Shown: positions 47,098 to 57,058, counted from the stretch's first letter. The stretch is DNA of 64,000 nucleotides from an uncultured virus (IMG/VR IMGVR_UViG_2619619299_000002) (IMGVR_UViG_2619619299_000002), one strand, 5' to 3'. Translations and numbers: made by a program. Notes: generated by a model not told the origin, from the letters alone.

Positions 47098-47517
47098 CTA
47101 CACTTCCTGTGATGCAGGGTATTTTTTCTTATAGTCCGTCAACTCATCAATTCCGAAACCTGTATTCGGGCCTGAATGAGGTATGTAAAAAGTGTTTACT
47201 GTTCTGTGGTCTTTTATGGCCCTTTCTACAGTTGACATACTTGCTAGCGGCAAGAAAATATTTCCACGACTAAATGCCGATTTTGTACCCTTTGCCTCCA
47301 TATAAATCGTGAGATTTGTTTGGGGGATTTTCACGCTTCTATTTTTGAAAAGCAGCTTCCATAAATCGTGGCCATAGGCTTTTGTAATTAAGGTTTCAAG
47401 ACTTGCGATCTTGTCTGGCGAAACCAAAAGTAGCTCAGTGGTATTCGATGCAGCTATTGCGAGTACCCTCGAGAACTCACCGATATCGCCTGAATAATTA
47501 GTGCTGTGATACTGCAT
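47098..47517 (-). CDS. AT-rich hypothetical moron protein
   Basis: 139 aa; antisense to the tail operon. Confidence 0.7.
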   Translation of the reverse strand: MQYHSTNYSGDIGEFSRVLAIAASNTTELLLVSPDKIASLETLITKAYGHDLWKLLFKNRSVKIPQTNLTIYMEAKGTKSAFSRGNIFLPLASMSTVERAIKDHRTVNTFYIPHSGPNTGFGIDELTDYKKKYPASQEV

Positions 47518-47692
47518 ACCTGATCCCTAGGCCGATTTTGATTTGTTTGATTTGGTTGTTGCAGGCACAACGCTACTACGCGAAGCCCGATCCCTGCCAC
47601 TGGCATTCCATCCACGCTGGATGCCTGGCCAGGTACGTATGCTTTCGGGCGTCGGCCGGTGCTACCATTCAGGTCTGTAGCCCAAGGGATCC

Positions 47693-48070
47693 ATGATGAA
47701 ACTTGATAAAGAGCTAGTTCGCGAAATCCTCCTTGCCGTTGAGGCGCACGACGAGGCTCAGGGATGGATGACATTAAAAATTGAAGGCCGGACTGATAAG
47801 GAAGTCTCCTATCACGTCATGCTTCTAGATGAGGCCGGGTTACTTTCTGGCATTAGTCTGGGTGGGATGAACACTTTTGAATGGCAGCCAAAGAGGCTGA
47901 CTTATCAAGGGCATGAGTTTCTCGATACCGTGCGAGATGGCGAGGTGTGGAGGCGCACGAAGGAGGGCGCGGAGAAAGTTGGCGGCGTTGGTCTGGGATT
48001 GCTCGTTGAGCTCGGCAAGGCATACGGGAAGCAAATTTTTAAGGAGCGCCTTGGCATCGAGTTACCTTGA
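47693..48070 (+). CDS. DUF2513-family protein
   Basis: MKLDKELVREILL, YHVMLLDEAG and LTYQGHEFLDTVRD motifs. Confidence 0.85.
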   Translation: MMKLDKELVREILLAVEAHDEAQGWMTLKIEGRTDKEVSYHVMLLDEAGLLSGISLGGMNTFEWQPKRLTYQGHEFLDTVRDGEVWRRTKEGAEKVGGVGLGLLVELGKAYGKQIFKERLGIELP

Positions 48071-48095
48071 TGTTCCAAACCAACGAGGGAGCGAT

Positions 48096-48446
48096 ATGCG
48101 AATTTTGATAGCTGCGGTAGCGGTGGCGATGCTGGCGGGGTGTATGCCGCCAACGATGAACGAGGCTCGCCTAGATGGCCCTTACAAGGTCCTGCATTCG
48201 AAAAAGTCGGATAAAGACGTCGCGGAATGCGTTCAGTACGAATGGCAAAATCAGGCAATTTTCGGCGGAACGCCAGGTGCAACACTTCAAGCCGGAAGAC
48301 CAAGCGGCTATACCGTTTTCACTGAGGCCTCTGCTTATTTTGTGGACATCCAGCCCAAGGGCGCGGGCTCAGAGGCGAAGTATTACGCGGTGGTGGATAA
48401 TTGGATCGCCAATAAACGGCTGACCGCGCTGCAAGGCTGCCTGTAG
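48096..48446 (+). CDS. Lipoprotein (moron)
   Basis: MRILIAAVAVAMLAGC lipobox. Confidence 0.82.
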   Translation: MRILIAAVAVAMLAGCMPPTMNEARLDGPYKVLHSKKSDKDVAECVQYEWQNQAIFGGTPGATLQAGRPSGYTVFTEASAYFVDIQPKGAGSEAKYYAVVDNWIANKRLTALQGCL

Positions 48447-48464
48447 CGGCACATCAAATTGTTC

Positions 48465-48489
48465 AAGGCTCGCTTCGGCGGGCCTTTTT
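48465..48489 (+). terminator. Rho-independent terminator
   Basis: AAGGCTCGC-TTCG-GCGGGCCTT with T tail. Confidence 0.8.
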
Positions 48490-48508
48490 ATTACCTGGAG
48501 AAGAGCAC

Positions 48509-49120
48509 ATGGCGGCACTTGCCATTAATTATCAGCCCATGACCACGATCCTGCTCTACGGACAGCTTCGTCAGTTTGGGAGGTCCTTTCGGATGGCCGT
48601 AAGGACGCCGGCAGAAGCAGTTAAGGCTCTGTGCGTCCAGATTCCCGGCTTTGAGCGGTTCCTGTCGAATGCAAAATCGCGAGGTGTCGAATTTGCGGTT
48701 TTCCGAGGATCGAAAAATCTTGAAGAAAAAGAGCTCGGTTTTTCCGGCGAAGGAAGCATCCGGATCGCACCGGTAATCACAGGCAGTAAACGGGGTGGTG
48801 CCCTACAAACAATCATTGGAGCCGTACTCATCGTCGTTGGCTTGGTGATCACCGGTGGCAGCTTCGGCACCATGGCCCCTTTCGGCTCGGCATTGATCAT
48901 GATGGGCGGCTCGATGGTGCTGGGCGGCGTGATCCAAATGCTCAGCCCTCAAGCCGGCGGCCTCAAAACCAGCGCCGCACCAGAGAACACCCCTGGCTAT
49001 GCCTTCGGCAGCGCCAAGAACACCACTGCATCGGGTAACCCGGTACCGCTCTGCTACGGAAAGCGCCGGGTTGGTGGTGCGATCATCAGTGCTGCGATCT
49101 ACGCCGAAGATCAGATGTAG
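48509..49120 (+). CDS. Tail assembly protein (lambda I-like)
   Basis: NTTASGNPVPLCYG.RRVGGAIISA motif. Confidence 0.92.
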   Translation: MAALAINYQPMTTILLYGQLRQFGRSFRMAVRTPAEAVKALCVQIPGFERFLSNAKSRGVEFAVFRGSKNLEEKELGFSGEGSIRIAPVITGSKRGGALQTIIGAVLIVVGLVITGGSFGTMAPFGSALIMMGGSMVLGGVIQMLSPQAGGLKTSAAPENTPGYAFGSAKNTTASGNPVPLCYGKRRVGGAIISAAIYAEDQM

Positions 49121-49179
49121 CGAACACCTGAAGCACCGCAGCCGCCCATGAGGCGGTTTTTTATTGCCTGGAGAAAAGC

Positions 49180-52100
49180 ATGGGCGCAGCACGCAAAATC
49201 GACATCCACGGTGCCAAGGGCGGCGAAGAGAAACCAAAAACGCCAACGGAAGCCCCCGACAGCCTGCGCTCGGTCGCTATCGCCAAGATGCTGATTGCCA
49301 TCGGGGAGGGTGAGTTCGAAGGCACGCCCACCGCGCGCGACATCTACCTCGACAACACCCCACTGCAAGACCCCCAGGGCAATATGAACTTCCCGAACGT
49401 GAAGTGGGAGTGGCGCACCGGGGCGGTGGATCAGACCTATATCCAGGGCATCCCCTCGATCGAGAACGAAACCACCATCAGTACCGAACTGCGCAGCGGC
49501 ACACCGTGGGTTCGGGCGATCACCAATACCCAGCTTTCAGCCGTGCGCGTGCGTTTTGCCTGGCCGGCACTCCAGTCTGTGGATGCCAGCGGCAACATCA
49601 ACGGTTATCGGATCGAGTACAAAGTTGAGCTGGCCACCGACGGCGGCGCCTACCAACAGGTGCTTAGCGAAGCGGTCGACGGCAAGACCACCAGCCTTTA
49701 CGAGCGCACCCGCCGTATCGATTTGCCCAGGGCCACCACCGGCTGGCTGATGCGTATTACCCGGGTGACCATCAACCAGAACAACAACAAAATCTCCGAC
49801 ACGATGCAGATCGCCGGCTTCACTGAGGTGATCGACGCCAAGATTCGCTATCCGAACACCGCGCTGCTCTACATCGAATTTTCGGCTGAGCAGTTCCGCA
49901 GCATTCCGGCCGTGACGGTCGAGACCAAGCTGAAGAAGATGCAGGTGCCGAGCAACTACGACCCCGTGGCACGTTCTTACACCGGGATCTGGGACGGCAC
50001 CTTCAAACAGGCCTGGACTGACAACGCTGTTTGGATGACCTACGACATCACCACGGCCGACCGCTTCGGCCTGGGCCGCCGCATCAAGCCGTGGATGGTG
50101 GACAAGTGGGAGCTCTACCGCATCTCGCAGTATTGCGACCAACTGGTGCCGGACGGCAAGGGCGGCCGGGAGCCGCGCTTCATCTGCAACCTGAACCTGC
50201 AGAGCAAGGCTGATGCCTGGTCGCTGCTACGCGACATCTCGGCGATCTACCGGGGCATGACCTACTGGGCCCAGGGCCAGGTCTTCACTCTGTCGGACAT
50301 GCCGCGCGCCACTGATTTCGACTTTGCCTACACTCGGGCGAATGTGATCGACGGCAAGTTCACCTACTCGAGCGCGTCGGAGCGCACCCGGTACAGTCGT
50401 GCGCTGATCAGCTACGACAACCCGGCGAACAACTACGACACCGACGTCACGGCCGTTACGGATGCCAAGCTTCAGCGCCGCTACGGCGACAACCCGGTGG
50501 AAATCAGCGCCATCGGCTGCACCCGAGAATCCGAGGCGCAGCGCCGCGGCAAGTGGGCGCTGCTCACCAACTCCAAGGACCGGGCCGTTACCTTCAAGGT
50601 CGGCCTCGACGGGCGTATCCCGCTGCCTGGCTACGTGATCCCGATCGCCGACGAACTCCTGGCCGGTCGACCGGTGGGCGGGCGTATCTCGGCGGTGAAC
50701 GGCAAGGTCATCACACTGGACCGTGATACCCAGGCCAAGCCCGGCGACCGGCTGATCCTCAACCTGCCCGACGGCAAGTGCGAGGGGCGCACCGTGCAAC
50801 TGGTCAGCGGCCGGCAGGTCACCGTTACCGTGGCCTACTCTATGGCGCCTGAGCGTGAACTAGTATGGGCGCTCGATGCCGATGACCTGGCAATCCCGCT
50901 GTACCGGGTGGTGAGCGTGGCCCGGTCGGAGCCTGGCGTGTTTGAGATCTCGGCCGTGCAGTATGACCCGAGCAAGTTCGCGCACATCGACACCGGCGCG
51001 CGCCTGGAAGAACGCCCAATCAGCGTTGTGCCGATTACCGTCGTTCCGGCGCCGGCGAGCGTCAAGCTGACGTCAAGCTACGCCGTTAACCAGGGCATCG
51101 CCATCAGCACCATGAACATCTCGTGGCCCGCTGTTGCTGGCGCGGTCGCCTATGACGTGGAGTGGCGCAAGGACAGCGGCAACTGGATCAAGGTGCAGCG
51201 CACCGGTTCGACCAGTGTCGACGTCACTGGCATTTACTCCGGCGCCTACGTGGCCCGGGTTCGGTCGGTGAGCGCCTTTGAGATCTCCTCGATCTGGAAG
51301 ACCTCCAATCTGACCAACCTGGAAGGGAAGGTTGGCTTGCCGCCGGCGGTGGCGTTCCTGACCACCACCAGCCTGGTCTATGGCATTGGCATCCAGTGGG
51401 GCTTCCCGCCGGGCGCTGAGGACACCCAGCGGACGGAGCTTTGGTACAGCCAGTCACCGGACCTAACCACTGCGGTGAAGCTGAGCGACTTCAGCTACCC
51501 GCAGGCCAAGCACGAGATGCAGAACATCCTGGCCGGGGCGAGCGTCTACTTCTGGGCTCGCCTGGTGGACCGTACCGGCAACGTCGGGCCGTTCTGGCCG
51601 ATCACGGGCGCCGTGAATGGCCGGGCCAGTTCTGATCAGACGGAGTACGACAAGTACTTCGCCGAGAAGATCGGCAAGGGCGCGCTGTACCAGAGCCTGC
51701 GGGAAGAAATCGACCTGATTACTGGTGATGAGCCGGGCTCGGTCAACGATCGCCTGGAGAAGGCCAAGCAGGAGCTGGAGGATCTGATCTCGGAAGTGGT
51801 CGACGCTCTGGAGTACGTCTCCACGAAGACCTACGCCAAGGGCGACATGGTCCGGGTAGGCCAGCAGTTGTTCCAGGCCACCAAGGCGGTACCGGTCAAC
51901 ACCACACCGCCGAACGCCAACTACTGGTTCAACCTGGGCACCATCGCCGAAACGAATGAGGCGATGGCACTGGAAATCAGCCAGAACAAGGCAGCCATCG
52001 AAGAGGTGGACGGCAAGGTCACGGCCACCGCCGAACGCTTGGAAGGCGTCTATGCGCTGGTGAAATCCGACTCTGCAGGCTCGGAGGAGGGTAGCGCGGG

Positions 52101-52779
52101 GGATGACACCGCCTCGGCCGGGGCCTGGTCGCTGATGTCCGCAATTGCTGAGCGGGATTTCGCGCAGTCGCAGCGTACAGATATTGTCGAAGCGAATGTG
52201 GCGGCGAACGCGGCAAGCATCACGACCGTGCAGACAGCCGTGGCAACTGACAAAGCTGCCACTGCCGAAGAGATCAAAACCCTAAAGGCGGTTGCCGGCG
52301 ATAACTCGGCAGCTATTCAGGTCGTCAGCAAAGCTCAGGCCACCACCGACGGGAAGGTTTCGTCGATGGTTACGTTCAAGGCCCAAACCACTGCTGGAGG
52401 AAAGACGGTCGCCTCCGGCTTCGCGTTTGGCTCAGATGGCGAGCAGTCGGAGTTTCTGATTTTTGCGCAGCGTTTTGCGGTAGTCGACGAGGTTAGCGGA
52501 CAGCTCACTCCTATGTTTGTTGTTCAGGGGAACCAGGTAGTCCTCAATCAGGCAATTATCAGCAAGGCCTTTATCCAGGAGATCATTCTGGGGATGACGC
52601 TGAAATCAGAGACGGTCGACTCCAAGGGGCGGCCGTTACTGGAGATCAATGTCAAGGCCGGCACGTTCACGCTTCGCAGCGCCGGCACCGGTGGCTCGAC
52701 ACTGCTCAATAACGATGGCCTTTCGGTATACGACATCAACGAGCTTCTGCGTGTATTGGTGGGGAGGCTTTCGCCATGA
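49180..52779 (+). CDS. Tail tip / host specificity protein (lambda J-like)
   Basis: 1199 aa; VPSNYDP and WDGTFKQAWTDN motifs, FN3-like repeats, SEFLIFAQRFAV C-terminal motif. Confidence 0.95.
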   Translation: MGAARKIDIHGAKGGEEKPKTPTEAPDSLRSVAIAKMLIAIGEGEFEGTPTARDIYLDNTPLQDPQGNMNFPNVKWEWRTGAVDQTYIQGIPSIENETTISTELRSGTPWVRAITNTQLSAVRVRFAWPALQSVDASGNINGYRIEYKVELATDGGAYQQVLSEAVDGKTTSLYERTRRIDLPRATTGWLMRITRVTINQNNNKISDTMQIAGFTEVIDAKIRYPNTALLYIEFSAEQFRSIPAVTVETKLKKMQVPSNYDPVARSYTGIWDGTFKQAWTDNAVWMTYDITTADRFGLGRRIKPWMVDKWELYRISQYCDQLVPDGKGGREPRFICNLNLQSKADAWSLLRDISAIYRGMTYWAQGQVFTLSDMPRATDFDFAYTRANVIDGKFTYSSASERTRYSRALISYDNPANNYDTDVTAVTDAKLQRRYGDNPVEISAIGCTRESEAQRRGKWALLTNSKDRAVTFKVGLDGRIPLPGYVIPIADELLAGRPVGGRISAVNGKVITLDRDTQAKPGDRLILNLPDGKCEGRTVQLVSGRQVTVTVAYSMAPERELVWALDADDLAIPLYRVVSVARSEPGVFEISAVQYDPSKFAHIDTGARLEERPISVVPITVVPAPASVKLTSSYAVNQGIAISTMNISWPAVAGAVAYDVEWRKDSGNWIKVQRTGSTSVDVTGIYSGAYVARVRSVSAFEISSIWKTSNLTNLEGKVGLPPAVAFLTTTSLVYGIGIQWGFPPGAEDTQRTELWYSQSPDLTTAVKLSDFSYPQAKHEMQNILAGASVYFWARLVDRTGNVGPFWPITGAVNGRASSDQTEYDKYFAEKIGKGALYQSLREEIDLITGDEPGSVNDRLEKAKQELEDLISEVVDALEYVSTKTYAKGDMVRVGQQLFQATKAVPVNTTPPNANYWFNLGTIAETNEAMALEISQNKAAIEEVDGKVTATAERLEGVYALVKSDSAGSEEGSAGDDTASAGAWSLMSAIAERDFAQSQRTDIVEANVAANAASITTVQTAVATDKAATAEEIKTLKAVAGDNSAAIQVVSKAQATTDGKVSSMVTFKAQTTAGGKTVASGFAFGSDGEQSEFLIFAQRFAVVDEVSGQLTPMFVVQGNQVVLNQAIISKAFIQEIILGMTLKSETVDSKGRPLLEINVKAGTFTLRSAGTGGSTLLNNDGLSVYDINELLRVLVGRLSP

Positions 52780-53102
52780 CTTATGGAGTAAGGACGTGGA
52801 GCGCGAATGGCGTGCTCGAAATGGATACCGACAGCTACACCTATCAGGTGCTGCACAATGCAGTCTATACGCTCGCCATGGGCGCCGTAGTTACAGCAAA
52901 CATTGCCGGGTTCAACCCGGCAACATGCACAGCCGTCATACTTCCTACCCAGGCCGCAGCTAACAACTACTGCTACAGCGCTATGCCGTTTATGTCGGTA
53001 GGCGTCGGTTCGGTTGTTGTACGCTCAAAACACCCAAATGAGCCGGGCGCTATAGGATCAACAATACAGTTCAGGTTGCTTGTAATGAGGTTCAAAAATT
53101 GA
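52776..53102 (+). CDS. Tail-tip associated protein
   Basis: MTYGVRTWSANG; start overlaps the J stop. Confidence 0.7.
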   Translation: MTYGVRTWSANGVLEMDTDSYTYQVLHNAVYTLAMGAVVTANIAGFNPATCTAVILPTQAAANNYCYSAMPFMSVGVGSVVVRSKHPNEPGAIGSTIQFRLLVMRFKN

Positions 53103-53785
53103 ATTTCGGTCTATCTGTTGTAAACGATGGAAGCTATGTACAGATAGACTCAGAGCAACCTAGGCTTTGTGCGCTGTACAGTGGAACGTATCAGGCATCC
53201 GGCAGTTCATCGGTGTCAGTGTCGTTCCCATCCGCCATAACCACGCCGGAGCCGCCGTGCGTATTCATTCAGAACAGCTCGGCTAGACCGAATGAGCTAT
53301 ACACGAGCATGACCATTAGCGGCGGTCCTGGAGCTTGGACTGGGTTTTCAATAACGTCCCTGAACATTGACTTCAGGCCAACAGGCAAGTGGTTTGCAGC
53401 AGTGTTCGCGTCAATCACTAAGGCCGATTACGGGCTCAGGATGTGGGGTGCGAATGGCATGCTGATTTTCGACTCAGGGGCCGCTCCGGTGATCTTCACG
53501 AGGGCCAATAACTCATGGTCATATCAGGGGCAGGTAGTTCTAAATGCGACAGCACAGGCGTACTACTGGGCGAATGGATCTGTTGCGCCACTGCAATCTG
53601 ATGAGTATTTTATGATCAATCCATTCTCGCGAGGAATACTACAGAACCACACAAACTGGCTAACATCAGCTGTAAGGTTCAACTATTCAGAGAATAGGCT
53701 ACAGGTGTTTGGGGTTAGCGCTCTCTCACCATGGACAAATATCGGTGCGCCCGGCGCGGTATTCGCCAGACTTCCCGGCACCTGA
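53099..53785 (+). CDS. Tail-tip associated beta-rich protein
   Basis: TTG start; YGLRMWGANG.LIFDS motif. Confidence 0.7.
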   Translation: MNFGLSVVNDGSYVQIDSEQPRLCALYSGTYQASGSSSVSVSFPSAITTPEPPCVFIQNSSARPNELYTSMTISGGPGAWTGFSITSLNIDFRPTGKWFAAVFASITKADYGLRMWGANGMLIFDSGAAPVIFTRANNSWSYQGQVVLNATAQAYYWANGSVAPLQSDEYFMINPFSRGILQNHTNWLTSAVRFNYSENRLQVFGVSALSPWTNIGAPGAVFARLPGT

Positions 53786-53849
53786 TCTGGCACTCATCAA
53801 TTGATCTACACCACCCGCTACGCGGGTATTTTTTCGCCTGGAGAAAGCC

Positions 53850-54725
53850 ATGGCAAGACAAGAAATTATTCTCGGTACACCGCCTACAGGTCTCGGTGGC
53901 GACACGCCCCGCGTGGCGAGCTCAAAGATAAACGCGATGACCTTGGAGATCTATCAAGGCATTGGCACGCCTGCTGCGCCGCTTCCATTGGAGCGTGGTG
54001 GAACCGGCGGAAAGACGCAGGCAACCGCTCAGGCAGCCTTGGGCCTGGTTCCGGTTGGGGCAACCAATGACGTCAACCCTGGCCGACTAATGACCGTGGG
54101 ATATGGCGGGGTGGGTGGGCAGTTACAAAACAGGTCAAACACTCCCGATGCAGCGTTAACCTTAATGTCGGGCGCATCATTCTCCTACGGGGGGCAGGGC
54201 GGTTCATATCCTACAGGCGCTACGGACGGCGCACTGATAAGCCTTAGCTATGAGACTACTGGATCGTTTGTTTATCAGATGCTGGGGGACTGGCGAACCG
54301 GGTATCTACATAGACGTGGACGCGCCGCCGGCACATCCGGCGCATGGGCAATGATTTACGACACTGTAAACATTAGTCTTGATCCTTCTAACGGCGGAAT
54401 CTTGAAAAGAACCGTTGTGGGAGGAATCGCCATTACCAAGTATGCTGATGGAAGAAATATAGCAAACGGAACTTTTCAGGCTAATACCGCCAGTTTACCT
54501 GCAGGCTCGACGGTAGTCTCAATAGCTCTGCCATTTAGTATCGGTGCAGATGATGGCTTTTCAACAGCAAATATTGTTGTGCAGCCGAGTAATACTTATG
54601 ATCATTATGGGGCAATTTCCGCATATATAACGAGCGGCGGCACCGTTCTTAATGTGGCTATTCGTAATGGGGCGGGCGCTCAAACATTCAAGGTAAGCGG
54701 TACGATTATGGGGCATTGGAAATGA
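53850..54725 (+). CDS. Tail fiber protein
   Basis: GLGGDTPR N-terminus, GGTGG and GRLMTVGYGG fiber motifs. Confidence 0.75.
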   Translation: MARQEIILGTPPTGLGGDTPRVASSKINAMTLEIYQGIGTPAAPLPLERGGTGGKTQATAQAALGLVPVGATNDVNPGRLMTVGYGGVGGQLQNRSNTPDAALTLMSGASFSYGGQGGSYPTGATDGALISLSYETTGSFVYQMLGDWRTGYLHRRGRAAGTSGAWAMIYDTVNISLDPSNGGILKRTVVGGIAITKYADGRNIANGTFQANTASLPAGSTVVSIALPFSIGADDGFSTANIVVQPSNTYDHYGAISAYITSGGTVLNVAIRNGAGAQTFKVSGTIMGHWK

Positions 54726-55108
54726 AGATTAAGTTATTTCCATCACTGGATTTTGACACGATAGCTGCCGTTATCGATGGTGACAAAATTACTATCAATG
54801 GTGAGATTATCGATCTTTCTGGAATACCCGATGGATATCGTCTTCCTGCCATCGCAGTTGGAAACAGATTTTTTTTGTCGGGGTCAGGGGACTACGTTGA
54901 ACGTATCGGGAAGACTTTACACTTTGCATTAAGATTGCCGGTAGCGTGGGATAGTCCCGAGGAATACCGCAATCCAGTAGAGCCAATCGTAATCGATGCA
55001 CACAACGGTCCTGTAAAGTTTCCCGACACTTCGCCGCCTGCAGCACCCGTAATTGAACTGCCAGAAATTCAGGAGAAACAAGAAAATGGTGGATTTGAGC
55101 CAGCTTGA
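54722..55108 (+). CDS. Probable tail fiber assembly protein
   Basis: GDKITINGEIIDLSGIPDGYRLP; follows the fiber gene. Confidence 0.65.
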   Translation: MKIKLFPSLDFDTIAAVIDGDKITINGEIIDLSGIPDGYRLPAIAVGNRFFLSGSGDYVERIGKTLHFALRLPVAWDSPEEYRNPVEPIVIDAHNGPVKFPDTSPPAAPVIELPEIQEKQENGGFEPA

Positions 55109-55298
55109 ACCGATCAAGACCGCGCAGGATCTGGCGGACGAGGTCATCCTCGACCAGGCCCGCGCATACCTGAATGAGACCAACTGGCATGCCTTCGCCC
55201 TACTTGAGGATGGCACACTCATCCCGGACGACATCAAAGAGGCACGCACAGCCGCCCGCGCAACCATCAATCGGTTGAGCCCTCCACCAGCGTCTTGA
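55086..55298 (+). CDS. Small tail fiber chaperone-like protein
   Basis: ARAYLNETNW...IPDDIKEARTAAR. Confidence 0.65.
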   Translation: MVDLSQLEPIKTAQDLADEVILDQARAYLNETNWHAFALLEDGTLIPDDIKEARTAARATINRLSPPPAS

Positions 55299-55415
55299 GT
55301 TTCCACCGAACGCCGCCACCCGCTATGAGCTGGTTTGTGTTTACTGGAGATATAGCCATGTGGTGTGTATGCGTGAGATGAGGCGGCACTACTTAAGCCG
55401 CCCTTTAACTAGTTG

Positions 55416-55637
55416 CTAGGGGTATGGCTTAGTTATGGTTTGATGTCCCGTTTTGAAAGCGTGCTCTTGACCGGATTTAATGCAATCTTGCTGTGTGCCG
55501 GTACAAAGAACCCTGTTGCCTTCGGTTGGGCATGTAGTTTGAAAGTCCACTGCGAATGCATAGAGCGAGAGAGCTGCGCAAAAGGCGCCACCGCATACAG
55601 CAAAAAATTTAGACCGTTTTCCAGTTATGGCGTTCAT
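55416..55637 (-). CDS. Small secreted Cys-containing protein (moron)
   Basis: GGAG SD; signal peptide ending AFA; three Cys in the mature part. Confidence 0.55.
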   Translation of the reverse strand: MNAITGKRSKFFAVCGGAFCAALSLYAFAVDFQTTCPTEGNRVLCTGTQQDCIKSGQEHAFKTGHQTITKPYP

Positions 55638-55827
55638 ATATTCACTCCAGTTATTGAGTGTTGGCTGAGGCTATATGTCTTGCAGCTAAAACTTCATATG
55701 CGCCGCTGATGAATGCATAGCTCAGTCCTCTTGAGGATAGATCACTCTGACGAGACATCCACCTTTGTATTAACTCATTGATTTGTCGCCCGCCACGAGC
55801 GGGCATTTTTTTGTCTGGAGAAAAGCA

Positions 55828-56337
55828 ATGGCCCGAATTTCCGAACCACTCGCCGGTGGCCGCAACACGCTGGCGTTCCTCGACATGCTCGCCTGGAGCG
55901 AGGGCACCAGCACATCTCCGTCCACGGCCATGGATGGTTACGACGTGATCGTCACCGGCGCCGATCGTAAGCCCGAGGTCTTCAAGGACTTCACCAATCA
56001 CCCGTTCGCCAAGGGGCGCGCGTCGAAGGTCATCAACAGCAAGGGGCTGACGTCCAATGCTTCCGGCCGATACCAGCAGATGCTGAAGGACTGGCCGCAC
56101 TACAAGGCGCTGCTCAAGCTGCCGGACTTCAGCCCGATCAGCCAAGACCTTCTTGCGCTGCAGCACATACGCGAGTGCAGGGCTTTGCCCGACGTGGTGG
56201 CCGGGCGGATCGAAACGGCTATCGCGAAGTGCCGGAACATCTGGGCGAGCCTGCCCGGCGCGGGATACGGGCAGCGCGAACACCGCCTGGAGGATTTGCT
56301 GAAGCAGTACCGGCTGGCGGGCGGGGTGATGTCGTGA
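55828..56337 (+). CDS. Endolysin, lambda R-type lytic transglycosylase
   Basis: AFLDMLAWSEGT, ASGRYQ, DFSP.SQD and WASLPGAGYGQ motifs. Confidence 0.93.
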   Translation: MARISEPLAGGRNTLAFLDMLAWSEGTSTSPSTAMDGYDVIVTGADRKPEVFKDFTNHPFAKGRASKVINSKGLTSNASGRYQQMLKDWPHYKALLKLPDFSPISQDLLALQHIRECRALPDVVAGRIETAIAKCRNIWASLPGAGYGQREHRLEDLLKQYRLAGGVMS

Positions 56338-56840
56338 CGCCCGGACAGATCCTGGCCGCGATCCTGCTGGCGATGGTCATCAGCTTTGGCGGTGCCTGGC
56401 AGGTGCAGGACTGGCGGATGGGCGAGAAGCTCGCCGAGCAGGCAGGCCTGCACAAGGATGACCTTGCGGCGATCAGCAATGCCGCCGCCGCTCAAACCCG
56501 CGTCGAGCAGGACAAGCGCCTGGCCCTGGAGCAGCAGCTCGCCGGCCAGGACCAACAACACACCAGGGAATTATCCGATGCCCAACGCAACCAGGCTGTT
56601 CTGCGCGATCGCCTTGCCACTTCTGATGTCCGGCTGTCAGTCCTTCTCGACGCCGCGGATTCAGCCAGTAGCTGCAACGTGCCTGCCACCCCCGGCGCCG
56701 TCGGCGTGGTTCATGGAGCCGCGCGAGCCCAACTTGACCCAGCGCATGCTCAACGAATTCTCGCCATCACCGGTGACGGCGATCAAGGATTGATCGCGCT
56801 GCGGGCGTGCCAGGCGTATGTCAGGGCGATAGCTCGCTGA
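56334..56840 (+). CDS. i-spanin (Rz-like)
   Basis: N-terminal TM, coiled coil, LRACQAYV C-terminus. Confidence 0.88.
   Translation: MTPGQILAAILLAMVISFGGAWQVQDWRMGEKLAEQAGLHKDDLAAISNAAAAQTRVEQDKRLALEQQLAGQDQQHTRELSDAQRNQAVLRDRLATSDVRLSVLLDAADSASSCNVPATPGAVGVVHGAARAQLDPAHAQRILAITGDGDQGLIALRACQAYVRAIAR
56578..56793 (+). CDS. o-spanin (Rz1-like) nested in Rz
   Basis: Shifted frame; LLMSGC lipobox; Pro-rich CLPPPAPSAWFM. Confidence 0.85.
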   Translation: MPNATRLFCAIALPLLMSGCQSFSTPRIQPVAATCLPPPAPSAWFMEPREPNLTQRMLNEFSPSPVTAIKD

Positions 56841-56848
56841 CTGTCTGA

Positions 56849-57058
56849 TCAGTCAGGAGCCATGAGGACGGCCAGGGTCAGCTTGATGAACTCTTCGTTC
56901 TCGTCGATGGTGTGCAGAGCGCCGCGCACGTTCTCGGCCACATCAGCGGAGCCACGCTGCTCGACCCAGTTCGAGATCTCCATGATGGACGCCTCAAGGG
57001 CCAGCTGGTTTTCGTAGAGCTTGGAGAGCAGGGAAGGGAGTAGGTCTGAGTTGGGCAT
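56849..57058 (-). CDS. Small helical hypothetical protein
   Basis: YENQLALEAS motif; paralog of 16805-17023. Confidence 0.75.
   Translation of the reverse strand: MPNSDLLPSLLSKLYENQLALEASIMEISNWVEQRGSADVAENVRGALHTIDENEEFIKLTLAVLMAPD

Noticed and set aside
52776..55300. Invertible tail-fiber cassette or diversity-generating retroelement
   Set aside because: No invertase, reverse transcriptase, inverted fiber copies or template/variable repeat pair seen
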